A DNA stretch of 64,000 nt from an uncultured Gemmatimonadaceae bacterium (lineage in GTDB: Bacteria > Gemmatimonadota > Gemmatimonadetes > Gemmatimonadales > Gemmatimonadaceae), in the NCBI GenBank assembly GCA_963781585.1, contig CAWAGQ010000006.1, positions 288,001 through 352,000 on the forward strand, read 5' to 3'. Below the pieces are notes generated by a model. It was not told the DNA's origin, searched no databases, and saw only the letters and a list, made by a program, of their open reading frames with translations. Positions 42,579 through 53,433 of this stretch are shown here, in pieces. The translations under genes were made by a program, and so were the position numbers. The stretch's first letter is position 1, and each line of letters begins with the position of its first letter.

Positions 42579-43274
42579 TTAGCGTCCAGTCATCTCGTTG
42601 AGGGCCGATACAATGGTAGTAGCGCCCGTACCCGCGCGAATTGTCTCGGAGTGCGCTAGCCCAGGGAGCTGAAAAGGAAGAGGTGCGTTTGGCAGAAACT
42701 CGGTCGCCGTGGGCAGCAGTCCATCGTTTGGGATCGCTCCAATCAGCCCGTAATTCACAAACCATGGCAAGCCCGTGACCAGTTCGCCGAGGTCTTCCAG
42801 AGCCCACGCCCCATTCATGTGCTCCCAATAGTTCACATCTTCCTCCGGATCGTCGAGAAGCTCGATCCCCAGTCCACCGAGCAGCACGAAGTAGCCGAGT
42901 GCATTTACGTACTCTGCCTCCGCGTCCGCCTCGCCTTGGGGCATGGTGAGCCGCCATGGCGCCGCAGCGTAGTCAAGCACGTCGGCCGCGATCGCGCGCC
43001 GAACCGACGTCTGCTCCAGCCCCGGGTTAGTGACCAGCGTGTTGATGTAGGGCGACCCCGGCGCCAGGTCCGAGACACTCGGATGGGTGGCGTAGAAGAC
43101 GTTGCCGTAAATCTCGACACCCACCGCGGCCAAGCCCCCGATCGAGAGGGCCTCCTCGCCAAAGCCTGCCACCGCGGCATACAACGGATTGTCGTACGTG
43201 ACGTCCAGAAATGCAGACCCGGCAGTCAGGGCATCGTCCGCGATAAACAGGAGTTCGAAATGGAAGTTCAGGGG
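42579..43274 (-). pseudogene. 5'-truncated alpha/beta-hydrolase (lipase/PGAP1-like) C-terminal remnant
   Basis: SVSDLAPGSPYI, PNDGLLP and LAHSE resemble the acid/His half of the catalytic triad; frame bounded by TGA at 43275-43277; no GxSxG nucleophile. Confidence 0.5.
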
Positions 43275-43307
43275 TCACAGATTGTCGCCTGATGCCTGGC
43301 GTGCCCT

Positions 43308-44525
43308 TCAGAAGAACAGGCTCAGCGCCGCGTAGCCGGTGGCCGGCAGACTTCCGTATTCCGAACGCGGCGCGATGACCAGGCGGCTCGACCGCCCGGC
43401 GCCCAGAAACGCACCAACGCGCAGCGCGACGTTCGCGCTGAGCGAGGCGGCAATCGCTGGTGAAAGCAAGGTGCTGCCATCGCGCAGATTCACCAACGAG
43501 AGCAGCTCGGTCGACACCAGCGGATGCACCTGATACGACAGCTGCGTCGCCGCCTCGTCTCTTCCATATACCTGCAGCTCCTGGTGCACGGCCGCCGGAG
43601 ACAACGCGACGCTGACCAGTCGCGACGCGCGTCCGGCGCCGAACGCGTCGTGCTGATATTCGATCACTCCGTACAGGTCGCGTCCCCAGAGCGTCACCCG
43701 TCGATCGATGCCGATGGCGGCGCGCAGCACGGCGTTGTGCGACGTGTCCTGTCGCACCGCGGCTTCCATGCGCAACGCCGACCCGACGATCGTGCGCGTC
43801 ACCCCGATCGCGCCCGCCGCTTCGTCGTTCATGGTGCCGCCCCACGCCGACAGCTCCCAGCCTCGCACCGAGGTCTTCCCTCGGGCGAGCGCTGTGAGGG
43901 TGTGCTCGCTGCCATAGGACGCACCACGAACGACCACGTCCACCACTGAGAATGGGCCCGCAAACCACTGCACCCGCACCGCATCCACACCGGTGCGATA
44001 CTCCCGGAAGGGATCGGCGGGATCGAACGGCCGGAAGGGATCAGCGGGCGTGAGAAACAGCGTGGTCGCCCAGGAAATGACCTGACGCCCGACCGTCGCC
44101 GTGACTGGGCCCGACGCGAAGCTCAGCGCCGCCCGATCGACGCGCTGGCGCCACGACACGCGTGCACTTTCGTGCAGGGTCCCGTCGAGCCGCATCCAGT
44201 CGCCGTCATGGCCGCTCGTCGCGTCGGAAAGGCCCGGGAAGAGTCCGGCGGCGAGGCCCTCCCTGCTGCTCTGCCAGGTGAATCGCTGCTCGTACGCGAG
44301 GGACATGCCTAACGGGCCACGCTTCAGGTCGAGCATGACGCGCGCCCGCTGGGCGTCGCTCACGCCCCCCGAGACGGGCGCGCGGCGCTCCACACCGAAG
44401 AGCACATTCTGATAGTAGCCGGTGACGGGACGTGTCTGAGCGGCCGCATTCGTCGGCAGCCACGCCAGCGCGGCGAGCAGCGCCGGCGCGAGAGCCCGCG
44501 CGCGACGCGGGGGCTTCGGGCGCAT
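43308..44525 (-). CDS. Outer-membrane beta-barrel (porin-like) protein of the LolA-like/ABC operon
   Basis: Signal peptide; VGRQVISW...PADPF.PF...REYRTGVDAVR; C-terminal LSLFF. Confidence 0.8.
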   Translation of the reverse strand: MRPKPPRRARALAPALLAALAWLPTNAAAQTRPVTGYYQNVLFGVERRAPVSGGVSDAQRARVMLDLKRGPLGMSLAYEQRFTWQSSREGLAAGLFPGLSDATSGHDGDWMRLDGTLHESARVSWRQRVDRAALSFASGPVTATVGRQVISWATTLFLTPADPFRPFDPADPFREYRTGVDAVRVQWFAGPFSVVDVVVRGASYGSEHTLTALARGKTSVRGWELSAWGGTMNDEAAGAIGVTRTIVGSALRMEAAVRQDTSHNAVLRAAIGIDRRVTLWGRDLYGVIEYQHDAFGAGRASRLVSVALSPAAVHQELQVYGRDEAATQLSYQVHPLVSTELLSLVNLRDGSTLLSPAIAASLSANVALRVGAFLGAGRSSRLVIAPRSEYGSLPATGYAALSLFF

Positions 44526-45235
44526 CAGGCCGGAGACGCGCGCCGCTTGTCGCTCGCCACGGCCCCATCCACCAGATGGACCAGCCGCCGCGCACGCTCC
44601 ATTACCCGCGGGTCATGCGTCGAGAAGACGAACGTCGTGCCTTCCTCGCGATTGAGCCGCTCCATCACCGTCAGCAACGCGTCGCTGGTGGCGGAGTCCA
44701 GATTGGCGGTGGGCTCGTCCGCCAGCACGAGCGCCGGACGTCCCACCACGGCGCGCGCGACCGCCACCCGCTGCTGCTGTCCGCCGGAGAGTTTCCCGGG
44801 GCGGCGATCCTCCAGCCCGGTCATCCCGATGCGCGCGAACAGCTCGCGCACCCGCTCCCGACGCTCCCGCTCCGATACCCCGCGCAGCAGCAGCGTGAAC
44901 TCGGCGTTCTCCATCGCCGACAGCACGGGCAGGAGATTGAACGCCTGGAAGACGTAGCCGATGCGCTGCAGCCGAAGATGCGCCAGCGCACGATCGCTCA
45001 TCCCGCCGAGCTCCGCGTCATCGACCCAGATGTGGCCGCGGGTGGGGCGGGTGAGGCCGCCGAGCAGATTGAGCAGGGTGGACTTCCCCGAGCCCGATGG
45101 GCCGGCGAGTGCCAGGAACTCCCCTCGCTCCACTTCGAGCGTCAGGTCGCGCACCGCTTCCACCGGAGCCGGCTCCTGGGGGTAGATCTTCCACAGCGCC
45201 TCGGTGCGCACGGCGAAGCGTCTCTCGTCAGGCAT
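44525..45235 (-). CDS. ABC transporter ATP-binding protein (LolD/MacB-like)
   Basis: GPSGSGKST, VFQAFNL, LSGGQQQRVAVARA, LADEPTANLD. Confidence 0.95.
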   Translation of the reverse strand: MPDERRFAVRTEALWKIYPQEPAPVEAVRDLTLEVERGEFLALAGPSGSGKSTLLNLLGGLTRPTRGHIWVDDAELGGMSDRALAHLRLQRIGYVFQAFNLLPVLSAMENAEFTLLLRGVSERERRERVRELFARIGMTGLEDRRPGKLSGGQQQRVAVARAVVGRPALVLADEPTANLDSATSDALLTVMERLNREEGTTFVFSTHDPRVMERARRLVHLVDGAVASDKRRASPA

Positions 45236-45238
45236 GAA

Positions 45239-46499
45239 TCATTGCTCGCTCTGCATGGCGGTGGCGGGGTCGATGCGCGCCGCCTGCCACATGGGATAGA
45301 GGGAAGAGAGGATGCCGAGTACGATCACCACGACGACGCCCTGCCACGCGCGGGCCAGCCGCACCGCGGGGTGAACCACCGGACTCACCACCGCGCCGGA
45401 GATCGACAGATTGTCGCCGACGAATCGGGTGAGGTCGAGCCCGTGCCGGCCGAGCATCCAGGTGACGCAGAATCCCAGCGCCATGCCGGCGATGCCGCTG
45501 AAGACCGCGAGCGTGATGCCTTCGGCGAGCACCACGACCGACGTCTCGCGCGACGCGAGTCCCATCGCCCGCAGGACGCCGAACTCGCGCTGGCGGTGGA
45601 GCACCGACACCAGCAGCGCCTCCAGCACAGCGAGCGCGACGATCGCCAGCAGGATGGCGTTGAAGAGGTAATTGCCGAAGTTGTCGATCCGGACCGCGGC
45701 GTCGAGCTCGGGCGACGTCTCCCGCCACGAAAAGGCGCGCGCACCTTGCGGCAGCAGGGGGGTGAGGCGGTCGACGACCGGGGTGACGTCGCGCTCATCA
45801 CGCACCAGGATCGCGACCGAGGTCGCGGCGCCCGGCACGCCGAGCCACTGCCGCGCGGTTACCAGCGGGATGTCGACCACGCCGTCGTCGACCTCGCGGA
45901 TACCGGTGTGGAAGATTCCCACCACGCGCGCCAGCTGCTCCTGTACCTCTCCCGACGCGCCCTGCGAGGTGAGCACGAAGCGCGATCCGACGCCGATATC
46001 CAGCCGCTGGGCGAGTCCGGTCCCCACCACCGCGCCGAGGCGGTCGGCCGGCTGGAGGAACCGGCCGCTGTCGATCTTCGGTGGCAGGGCGGAGAAGCGC
46101 GCTTTCGATCGCGGGATCGACGCCGCTCACGCCGACCGGAAGTGCCGACGTCGCAGAGCTGGCAAGCGCGCTGACGGTGAGCCGCGGCGCCGCGACCGTG
46201 ATGCGTTGGGTCACCGTCGGGTCCTGCAGCGCGCGTTCGACCGCGGCGAGGACCTGTGCGCCGAGGCGATCGTCGAGGTTGCCGGTGCGCCGATACGCGG
46301 GAGACTCCACCGTCAGGTAGCCGTCGCCGAGCCGGACGCCGGCATCGATCCACTGGGAGTGCATCCCGTCGCCTAACGCGAGAAAGATGATGAGCAGGGC
46401 GACGCCGAGCATCATCGCGAGGGCAATGAGCAGGCTGCGGCGGCGCTGGCGGGCAACGTTTCGGACCGCGAGCCGGAGCAGCACGCCGGTGTGGTTCAC
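45239..46499 (-). CDS. ABC permease (LolC/E, FtsX-like) with a +1 frameshift near 46104, probably a sequencing error
   Basis: RLAVRNVARQRRRSLL at the N-terminus (GTG 46499 overlaps the upstream TGA); removing one T of ttt 46103-46105 joins it to ORF 45239..46030 (RQREFGVLRAMG). Confidence 0.85.
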
Positions 46500-47759
46500 T
46501 CGCGCCCTCCCAGCGCATCCGCCGGCGGAATCCGGGTGGCGCGAAACGCGGGATAGAGCGCCGCCAGCATCGACGTCACCAGCAGCGCGGCCGCCGCCTG
46601 CAGCGGCACGCCCCACGATGGTTCGGCGCGCAACACGGGCCGCACCAGCGCGCCGGAGACGGTGAAGTTGCCGACGAGGCGGCTCAGATCGGGCGGTGCG
46701 GCGTGCCACCAGTACAGGATCGGCGCGGCGAGGAGCGCGCCGGCGAGCAGGGAGCAGAGCCCCAGGACGAGCCCTTCGTAGACGACCGTGCGCGCGACCG
46801 CGCCGTCGGTCACGCCGAGCGCCTGCTCGACCGCGAACTCGCGGCGGCGCTCGAAGGTGCTCATCAGCAGGGTGTTGGTGACCCCGAAAATCGCCATCAG
46901 AAAGACGATCCCGATGAGCAGCCCGTTCGACCCACGGGCGAGGGCGGCATACGAGGCGAGCTCGGGGCGGAACTGCGTCCACGACTCCACCGCGAGGCCG
47001 GCCCGGGCCACGGCCGGAGTGGCGGCGACGGCGTGCGCGATCGCCGTGGCGTCCCAGGGCCGCCGGACGGACGCGGCGATCTCGTGCACGCGCCCGGGGG
47101 GTAGCACGAGCAGTGCCTGCAGGGCGCCGAGCGGCATCACCGCCACGCCCGCATCCAGGTCCGCGAGGCCGGTGTGGAAGACGCCGCTCACCACGTACAG
47201 ATCGTTGCCTAACGACCCGTCGGCGGCCGGCGCGACCACAACGATCTGGGTGTCGACGGCCGCGTGGAGCCGCCGTGCGGTCTCGCTGCCGATGACGATC
47301 TCCTTCGTGCCCTCGCGCGGCGCCCGACCCCGGCTGATGCTTGCCGCCAGGCGGCTGACCGCCCGGTTCGCGGGCCGGATCCATCCCGACGATCAGGGCC
47401 GCCTCGGTGTGGGCCGCGGTGCTCAGCAGGCCGGCGCCGTAGACGCGCGGGGCGGCCGCGAGCACGCCCGGCTGCGCCTCGACCGCCGCGACGAGCTGGT
47501 CCACCGCCACCGCGCTGTCGCCGATCGTGTCGTAGATGTGCCGCGCCGGCAGGTAGTCGCGGGCATGGAGCTGGATCTGGCCCGACAGGGCATGCGTCCC
47601 GTTCTCGATCATCTCGGCGGTCATGCCGTCCGACACCGCGGCCATCACGATGGCGGCGGCAAAGCCGAACGCGAGCGCGCTGGCGGCCAGCACGGTGCGC
47701 TTGGGGTTGCGGCCGAGGTTGCGAAAGGCGATGCGCCACCAGATTGAGCCGCCGGCCAT
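46496..47759 (-). CDS. ABC permease (LolC/E, FtsX-like) with a +1 frameshift near 47363, probably a sequencing error
   Basis: RIAFRNLGRNPKRT at the N-terminus; removing one C of ccc 47362-47364 gives EPAVSRLAAS...VAPAADGS...ERRREFAV. Confidence 0.85.
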
Positions 47760-47760
47760 G

Positions 47761-48585
47761 TCAGCCGCCGCTCCGGAGGTTGCGCAGCGAGAAGAAGGCC
47801 GGCGCGAGCCCGACGTCGAACGAGAGCGTGTGGTAGGTGATGGTCGTGTGCTCGTCAGGCTTGTCCGACGGCACCACGGTCAGGGTGGCCGGAACGAGCC
47901 GGCCCCCCATCGTCCGGTAATCGCCGAAAGTCATCGAGCGCGCCAGGCGACCGGCGTCGTCGTAGTAGCGCTCCCAGACCGGCATGAGATCGGCCTGACG
48001 CACCTGCATCACGATCTTCCCCCACACCACGGCGGCGTCGGGCTTCGGTACCAGCGCCAACTCCCAGACCCGCACCCCGTCCCGGTCGCCCTGGTAGTCG
48101 ATGGTGATGTCGTAGTCGCGCACCAGCCGGCTCTCCTTCACGAGATCGTCGTTGGTGAAGTGCGACCCCATCCAGGCACCGCTCATGAGCGACGGCGGAA
48201 TCCGGATGGTGCGGTCGACGCGCGGGAGGTAATTCCAGACCTCGTTCTTCACCTTGAGGGTCGCGGTCCCGGCATCCTTGGCGGGTGCCGTGACGCGGAG
48301 CAGGGCATAGTCGGTGCCCAGCGACCAGAGCTTGAGGTCGATGGAGCGCGACCACTGCCTGGTGGTGATGCTCATGGTGAGCGAGCCGGTGCTGGAAGAG
48401 CCGCGCAGCAGCTGGTCGACGCGATCGACGATCTGGGCCGGCGTCTGCGCGGTTGCGGCGCAGGGCACGGCCCCCGCGCATGCGAGCGTGGCGAGACGCA
48501 CCAGTGCGCGCAGCGATCCGCTGCCGCGGGGGCGGGGCCACGGCCCGATGCGCGTTTCCGCCCGCGCCGCGATGCGAGGCATCAT
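47761..48585 (-). CDS. Outer membrane lipoprotein-sorting protein (LolA-like)
   Basis: PAKDAGTATLK..NEVWNYLP...SGAWMGSHFTNDDL; ATG 48585 overlaps the TetR TGA. Confidence 0.9.
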   Translation of the reverse strand: MMPRIAARAETRIGPWPRPRGSGSLRALVRLATLACAGAVPCAATAQTPAQIVDRVDQLLRGSSSTGSLTMSITTRQWSRSIDLKLWSLGTDYALLRVTAPAKDAGTATLKVKNEVWNYLPRVDRTIRIPPSLMSGAWMGSHFTNDDLVKESRLVRDYDITIDYQGDRDGVRVWELALVPKPDAAVVWGKIVMQVRQADLMPVWERYYDDAGRLARSMTFGDYRTMGGRLVPATLTVVPSDKPDEHTTITYHTLSFDVGLAPAFFSLRNLRSGG

Positions 48586-49265
48586 CGGTGCTCCCGCGCG
48601 TGACTGGTGTGGCGCGACGGTGGGCCGATCGCCGGCGCGGACGCCTCCCGCGGCTCGAGCAGCCGATGGAACGCGTCCATCTCGGCGGCCAGGGTCTGTT
48701 CGCGATCGCGGCGGCTCATTGCTTTCCAGTGCTCGAACACCCAGCGGTCCCCGACTTCGCCGACCGCGAGGGTCAGCTCGACAAGGAGATCGAGCGGGAG
48801 GTCGGTGCGGACGACGCCTAACGCCTGGCCGCGTCGGAGGACCGCGGCCGTCCAGCGGCGGATCCACGCGAAGACGCGGCCGGTGCTGGCCCGGCCCGCT
48901 CCCTCGCGGACCCGGTAGAACGACCGGCCGAGGCGGACGAACCACTCGTTCCGCTGCAGGTAGTCGGCCGAGCGGCGGATGGCGCCCTCGAGCGACGGCC
49001 AGAACGATTCGGCAGTGAGCTCATCGAGGCGGAAGCCGGCAACGAGCCGGACCAGCGTGGTGGTGGCTTTCTCGACGAGGGTGGCGTAGAGGTCGCTCTT
49101 GTCGTCGAAGTAGTAGTAGAGCGAGCCCTTGCTCATGCCCGCGTGGTCGATGATGCGGTTGAGCGATGCGCGGTCGAACCCGTGGCTGCCGAACTCGTCG
49201 GCCGCGGCCTCGTAGAGCCGCTGCTGCTTGTGGGGATCGAGCTTGTCGAATCGATCGCGTGGCAT
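48582..49265 (-). CDS. TetR/AcrR family transcriptional regulator
   Basis: AAADEF..HGFDRASLNRII..AGMSKGSLYYYFDDKSDL. Confidence 0.95.
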   Translation of the reverse strand: MPRDRFDKLDPHKQQRLYEAAADEFGSHGFDRASLNRIIDHAGMSKGSLYYYFDDKSDLYATLVEKATTTLVRLVAGFRLDELTAESFWPSLEGAIRRSADYLQRNEWFVRLGRSFYRVREGAGRASTGRVFAWIRRWTAAVLRRGQALGVVRTDLPLDLLVELTLAVGEVGDRWVFEHWKAMSRRDREQTLAAEMDAFHRLLEPREASAPAIGPPSRHTSHAREHR

Positions 49266-49315
49266 GGCGCCGGGATCGGCGTGACGGCGTGGACTGGCGG
49301 ACTGGACCGCATGAC

Positions 49316-49330
49316 TGGACCGACGGTCTA
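49316..49330. promoter_or_regulatory. Probable TetR operator (near-perfect palindrome TGGACCG-A-CGGTCTA) with extra GACTGG half-site repeats
   Basis: About 50 bp upstream of the tetR start; TTGACC -35-like hexamer on the minus strand at 49360-49365. Confidence 0.6.
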
Positions 49331-49429
49331 CTCCGCAACGTGTACGCCGATCTACGGCTGGTCAAGGCCCGCTCGAGCAAGTGACCGGCTCCAGCCGGCG
49401 GGCACGACCATCCGAGCCGGCGTACGAGG

Positions 49430-52400
49430 CTACTGGTTCGTCACGCGCTTCCCCGGTCCCTCCTTCAGCATCTTCAACGCCTCGTCGATCGCGGCCTTGA
49501 GCTCGCGATCTACCCCCTTCACCTCGTCGGTGGGTGAGTTCTTCACCCAGACGTCGGGCGGCACGCCGTAGCCCTCGAGGTTCACCCCGTAGTTGTTCGG
49601 CTTCGACGGGTCCCACGTCACCACCAGCGACCCCGGAGTGCGCACCGCGCCGCCGTTGATCAACCCGTAACTGCCGGTCGCGATCACCTGGGCCGAGGTG
49701 GGATTTCCCACGATGCGCCCCAGCCCGAGCTCGCGGAACCCCATCGGCGTCACCTCGGCGTCGCTGGCCGAGCGCGCGTTCACCATCATCACCTTGGGTC
49801 CGGCGATTGCCTGACGAGGACGGCGCCCCCAGGTGCGCGCGCCGTTGCGGTTGTTCCAGAACTCGTACGGGCGCCGCTCGAGGATGTCGAGCAACTCCTG
49901 GTCGATGTTGCCGCCGCCGTTGTTCCGGATGTCGACGATGATGCCCTTCTTGTTCCAGAAGCGGTCGATCTCGTTCTCGAACCGCGCCAGCGACGGCTGG
50001 TTCATGGCCCGGATGTGCACGTACGCGATCTCGCCGTTGGTGGCCTTCTCCACCTCGTCACGGTTGTCGGCCACCCATTCCTCGTACTTGATGTTATTGA
50101 GCGATTCCACGCTGGCGATGCGCACCGTGCGGGCATTCGATCCGTCGGCGCCCTTGGCGACCTTCACCGGGACGTAGTCGTTGGCGGTACTGGAGAGAAT
50201 CTTCCAGTAGTTGTCGCCGGCCTTCACGTCCTGGCCGTCGATGGCGAGCACGTAGTCGCCCACCGCGAGGCCCAGCCACTCCTTGTCGGCCGGTCCATCG
50301 CGATAGACGTGCGTGATCCGGTACCTCGCGCCGGCCGGCTCCATCTCGAAGCCGAGGAATCGCGAACGGTAGATGTCGGGCACCGCATGGGTGGGCGGAC
50401 CGCTCACGCCCGTATGCGACGAGTTAATCTCGCCGATCATGGCGTTGCCCAGATCGTAGAGATCTTCGTTGGTGCCGACGTACTTGAGCAACGGTTCGTA
50501 CCTGGAACGAATCGCCGCCCAGTCGTGGTTGTTCATCGAGGCGTCGTAGTAGCGGTACTTCATCGCGCGCCACACCTCGCCGAACATCTCCTTCCACTGT
50601 TCGCGCTGGTCGACGCGCACCTGGAACGAGAAGTTCACGCGCTCGCCGCTCTGCGCGGTTGCAGCGCCCCCGCCCCCGCCACCGCCTCCCCCTCCGGCCG
50701 CGCCCGCGGCCCGGCCGCCGCCACCGCCTGCACCGGTACCTGCAGGGATCGCGAGGCGATCGATCTCGAACCCGGCCGGTGGTGGTCCGCCGCCCTGAGC
50801 GCCGTCGCCCCCGGCGCGGCCCGGCGCGCGGAAGAAGATGGTCCGCCGATCGGCGGTGGGCTGCATGCCCGAGAACGTACCGGCAGCTATGCGGCGCTGA
50901 TCGCGCCCGTCGATCCCGATCGCGAAAAGGCCGGCGGCTGCGCCAGTTGCCGCCGCACCACCGCGACCGCCACCGCGTCCACCGAATCCGCCGCCGACGG
51001 CGAAGTACACCGTGCGACCGTCGTTCGACAGAAAGAAACCGGAGACGCCGGCCGGGCCGCGCGTGAGCTGCACCGCGCGCTTCTCGATGCCTTCGAGATC
51101 GATACGCGTCGGCCCCGATCCGCTGTCGGGTGCCGCGCCGCCGCGTCCGCCGCGGCCTCCGCCCGCGGCCTGGGCCGCCCGCCGCACGCGCTCGCGAACG
51201 AGCGGATCGTCGGGATCCTCGGTCAGTCGGGCCAGCGAGACGGCAAACAGCTGGTTCTGTGCCCCGTCACGATTGGAGACGAAAACGAGGGTCTTTCCGT
51301 CCGGCGTGAGCAGCCCCTCGCCATCGGTGCCGGGACTCTGGGTGACGTCGTACTCCTTGCGGGCGCGAATGTCGTACAAGTAGGTGTCGGCGTTCTGATC
51401 GTCGTCGCGCTTCGTGTACACGAGCCAGTTTCCGTCGCCGGAATACTCCGAGAGGTTGTAGCCGCCGGCGGGGTTGTACGCGAGCTCGCGCGGCGCGCCG
51501 CCGGCCAGGTCGACCTCGAAGATCCGATTGGCCGCCGTCCAGGCGAGCTTCTGCGAATTGGGCGCCCAGGTGAGGTCCGACTTCTCCGACTCCTGCTGCG
51601 AGAGCCGCTTGCGCACGCCGGTCGCGAGGTCGAACACCCAGACCTCCTCGTCGCCGGTTTCGTCCGAGACGTAGGCGATCTTCCTGCCGTCGGGGGAATA
51701 CACCTCGTTCCGGTCGCGCGACGGCGATGCCGTCACCGGCGTCTTCTCTCCGATGCCGGATTCGGCCGGCACGACCATGATCTCACCATGAAAGTCCACC
51801 GCCAGGTAGTCGCCGGTCGGCGACACGCTGAACCCCTCGGCCCGCGCGTCGGTGGCGAGCAGTTCCAGGTCGCTGATCTTGGCATCGAACGACAACGGGA
51901 TCGACACCTTCTTCGGAGCCCCGCTAGGCACGTCGAGGGTGTAGAGATCGAAGTCGCGCTGGTAGATGATCCGCTTGCCGTCGGGCGACATGGACGGAAA
52001 GAAGACGCCGTTGTCCTTGTAGGTCGTCACCTGCTGTGGAGAGCCGCCCTTCGCCGTCATCCGCCAGATGTTGTACGTGCCATCGCGCTCGGACGCGTAG
52101 TAGATCAGGCCGTCGGCGCCCCACATCGGGAACACGTCGTTCACGTAGGTGCGGAACTGCGCCGGATCGGTATCGGTGATGTCGCTGATCGAGCCGCTCT
52201 TCACGTCGAGCACGGCGATGTCGGCGGTGGCGTTGCCGCGAAACCCTTTTCGCCACGCCGAGGGGAGGCGCTTGTTGTAGGCGACCATCGACAGGTCCTG
52301 CTTCATGCTCCCGGCGGCGGCGTAGCCGGTTGGCAGCGCGGTGGCCGGCTGCCCGTCGAGCGGCAGGCGGTAGAGTGGCGACCCGAAGGCGTTCCAACCG

Positions 52401-52822
52401 CGGTTGCTCGAGATGATCAGCGACTGCCCGTCGGGCATCCAGTTCTGGACCTGATCGGGGCCCGGGTACCAGGTGAGCTGTCGCGGCTCGCCGCCGGTGG
52501 ACGGCATCACGAAGACATCGTCGTTGCCGGTGCGGTTGCTGGTAAAGGCGATCCACTTGCCGTCGGGCGAGAATTTTGGCCCGAAGTCCCGCGCCAGGTT
52601 GAGCGTGAGGCGTCGCGGGTTCGCGCCACCGGCATCCGCGGTCCAGATGTCGTCCTGGTAGGCGAAGGCGATGCGTCCGTCGCTGGCCACCGCCGGAGTG
52701 CGCGCGAATCTGATGGGCTCGGGCGTTTGCGCTCCCGCCGCGGGTGCGAGGAGCACGGCGCCGACGGCGAGGATCGAGATGGTACGAAGGCCGGCGGGTC
52801 GGAACGAACGGGGCACGAACAT
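49430..52822 (-). CDS. Tricorn protease (S41 family)
   Basis: PD40 propellers, PDZ-like region, YVHIRAM, IVDIRNNGGG, SASDAE catalytic Ser, GVPPD. Confidence 0.93.
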   Translation of the reverse strand: MFVPRSFRPAGLRTISILAVGAVLLAPAAGAQTPEPIRFARTPAVASDGRIAFAYQDDIWTADAGGANPRRLTLNLARDFGPKFSPDGKWIAFTSNRTGNDDVFVMPSTGGEPRQLTWYPGPDQVQNWMPDGQSLIISSNRGWNAFGSPLYRLPLDGQPATALPTGYAAAGSMKQDLSMVAYNKRLPSAWRKGFRGNATADIAVLDVKSGSISDITDTDPAQFRTYVNDVFPMWGADGLIYYASERDGTYNIWRMTAKGGSPQQVTTYKDNGVFFPSMSPDGKRIIYQRDFDLYTLDVPSGAPKKVSIPLSFDAKISDLELLATDARAEGFSVSPTGDYLAVDFHGEIMVVPAESGIGEKTPVTASPSRDRNEVYSPDGRKIAYVSDETGDEEVWVFDLATGVRKRLSQQESEKSDLTWAPNSQKLAWTAANRIFEVDLAGGAPRELAYNPAGGYNLSEYSGDGNWLVYTKRDDDQNADTYLYDIRARKEYDVTQSPGTDGEGLLTPDGKTLVFVSNRDGAQNQLFAVSLARLTEDPDDPLVRERVRRAAQAAGGGRGGRGGAAPDSGSGPTRIDLEGIEKRAVQLTRGPAGVSGFFLSNDGRTVYFAVGGGFGGRGGGRGGAAATGAAAGLFAIGIDGRDQRRIAAGTFSGMQPTADRRTIFFRAPGRAGGDGAQGGGPPPAGFEIDRLAIPAGTGAGGGGGRAAGAAGGGGGGGGGGAATAQSGERVNFSFQVRVDQREQWKEMFGEVWRAMKYRYYDASMNNHDWAAIRSRYEPLLKYVGTNEDLYDLGNAMIGEINSSHTGVSGPPTHAVPDIYRSRFLGFEMEPAGARYRITHVYRDGPADKEWLGLAVGDYVLAIDGQDVKAGDNYWKILSSTANDYVPVKVAKGADGSNARTVRIASVESLNNIKYEEWVADNRDEVEKATNGEIAYVHIRAMNQPSLARFENEIDRFWNKKGIIVDIRNNGGGNIDQELLDILERRPYEFWNNRNGARTWGRRPRQAIAGPKVMMVNARSASDAEVTPMGFRELGLGRIVGNPTSAQVIATGSYGLINGGAVRTPGSLVVTWDPSKPNNYGVNLEGYGVPPDVWVKNSPTDEVKGVDRELKAAIDEALKMLKEGPGKRVTNQ

Positions 52823-52919
52823 GGTGGCTCCACGTGGGTGTTGGAGATACGCTGATCTTGTACCTCGAACGATCGCTCGGCAAGGCGGCGAGGGCAGCCG
52901 GGTATTGGAGGCAGACTTG

Positions 52920-53200
52920 CCGCGACTTCATAATCGGCAACACCTGGCACGACCTGCTGGACGACACGCACACCTTCAGCCTGGCGTCGGGTGACGACAG
53001 CACGGCCTCCGGCACCTTCACCGGAGAGGAGAATCATCCTTCGCTGGGCCTTTTTTCGGATCTCGACGGCACCTTCACCCCGGCAAGCTGTCGTTCACAA
53101 TCCACCGCTCCGCTGGCGATATCGTGCATTCGGGGCGTTCCTGCAGCGCGACACGATGTACGTGTCGTCCAGCGAGGGGGCCTTGAAGATCGTGCGGTAG
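52920..53200 (+). pseudogene. Small frameshifted gene remnant of unknown function
   Basis: DFIIGNTW...SGTFTGEENHP...GTF, then GKLSFTIHR, then FLQRDTMYVSSSEGALKIVR* in successive frames; no clear start. Confidence 0.35.
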
Positions 53201-53433
53201 CGGCGAGGACGCACCGCGGCGCCGGCGATTCCGCGTGAGTTGGGTCGTGGGCGATAAAGGCAATGTCGGGGGCCGAACGTTGCGTCCATAGATGGGAAAC
53301 GTGAGGCGCGGCCGCCTCTAAGCGCCATCGGACGCGGCTGCACCATCTGCGCCCGGAGCGGCCGACCACACTATCCAATCGGCCCGGCCGCGCGTAATTA
53401 TCCGGTTCTTCGAACACCCTCCGGCCTCCCGAC

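Noticed and set aside
45798..47759. 653-aa single fused permease ORF or programmed frameshifting
   Set aside because: Better explained by two adjacent permeases each carrying one extra base in a short homopolymer; no slippery heptamer was seen.
50015..52855. Long plus-strand ORF (946 aa) and similar long antisense ORFs (e.g. 22337-24385, 53743-56055, 57390-59402)
   Set aside because: They lie opposite well-supported genes and are the expected stop-poor shadows of high-GC codon usage.
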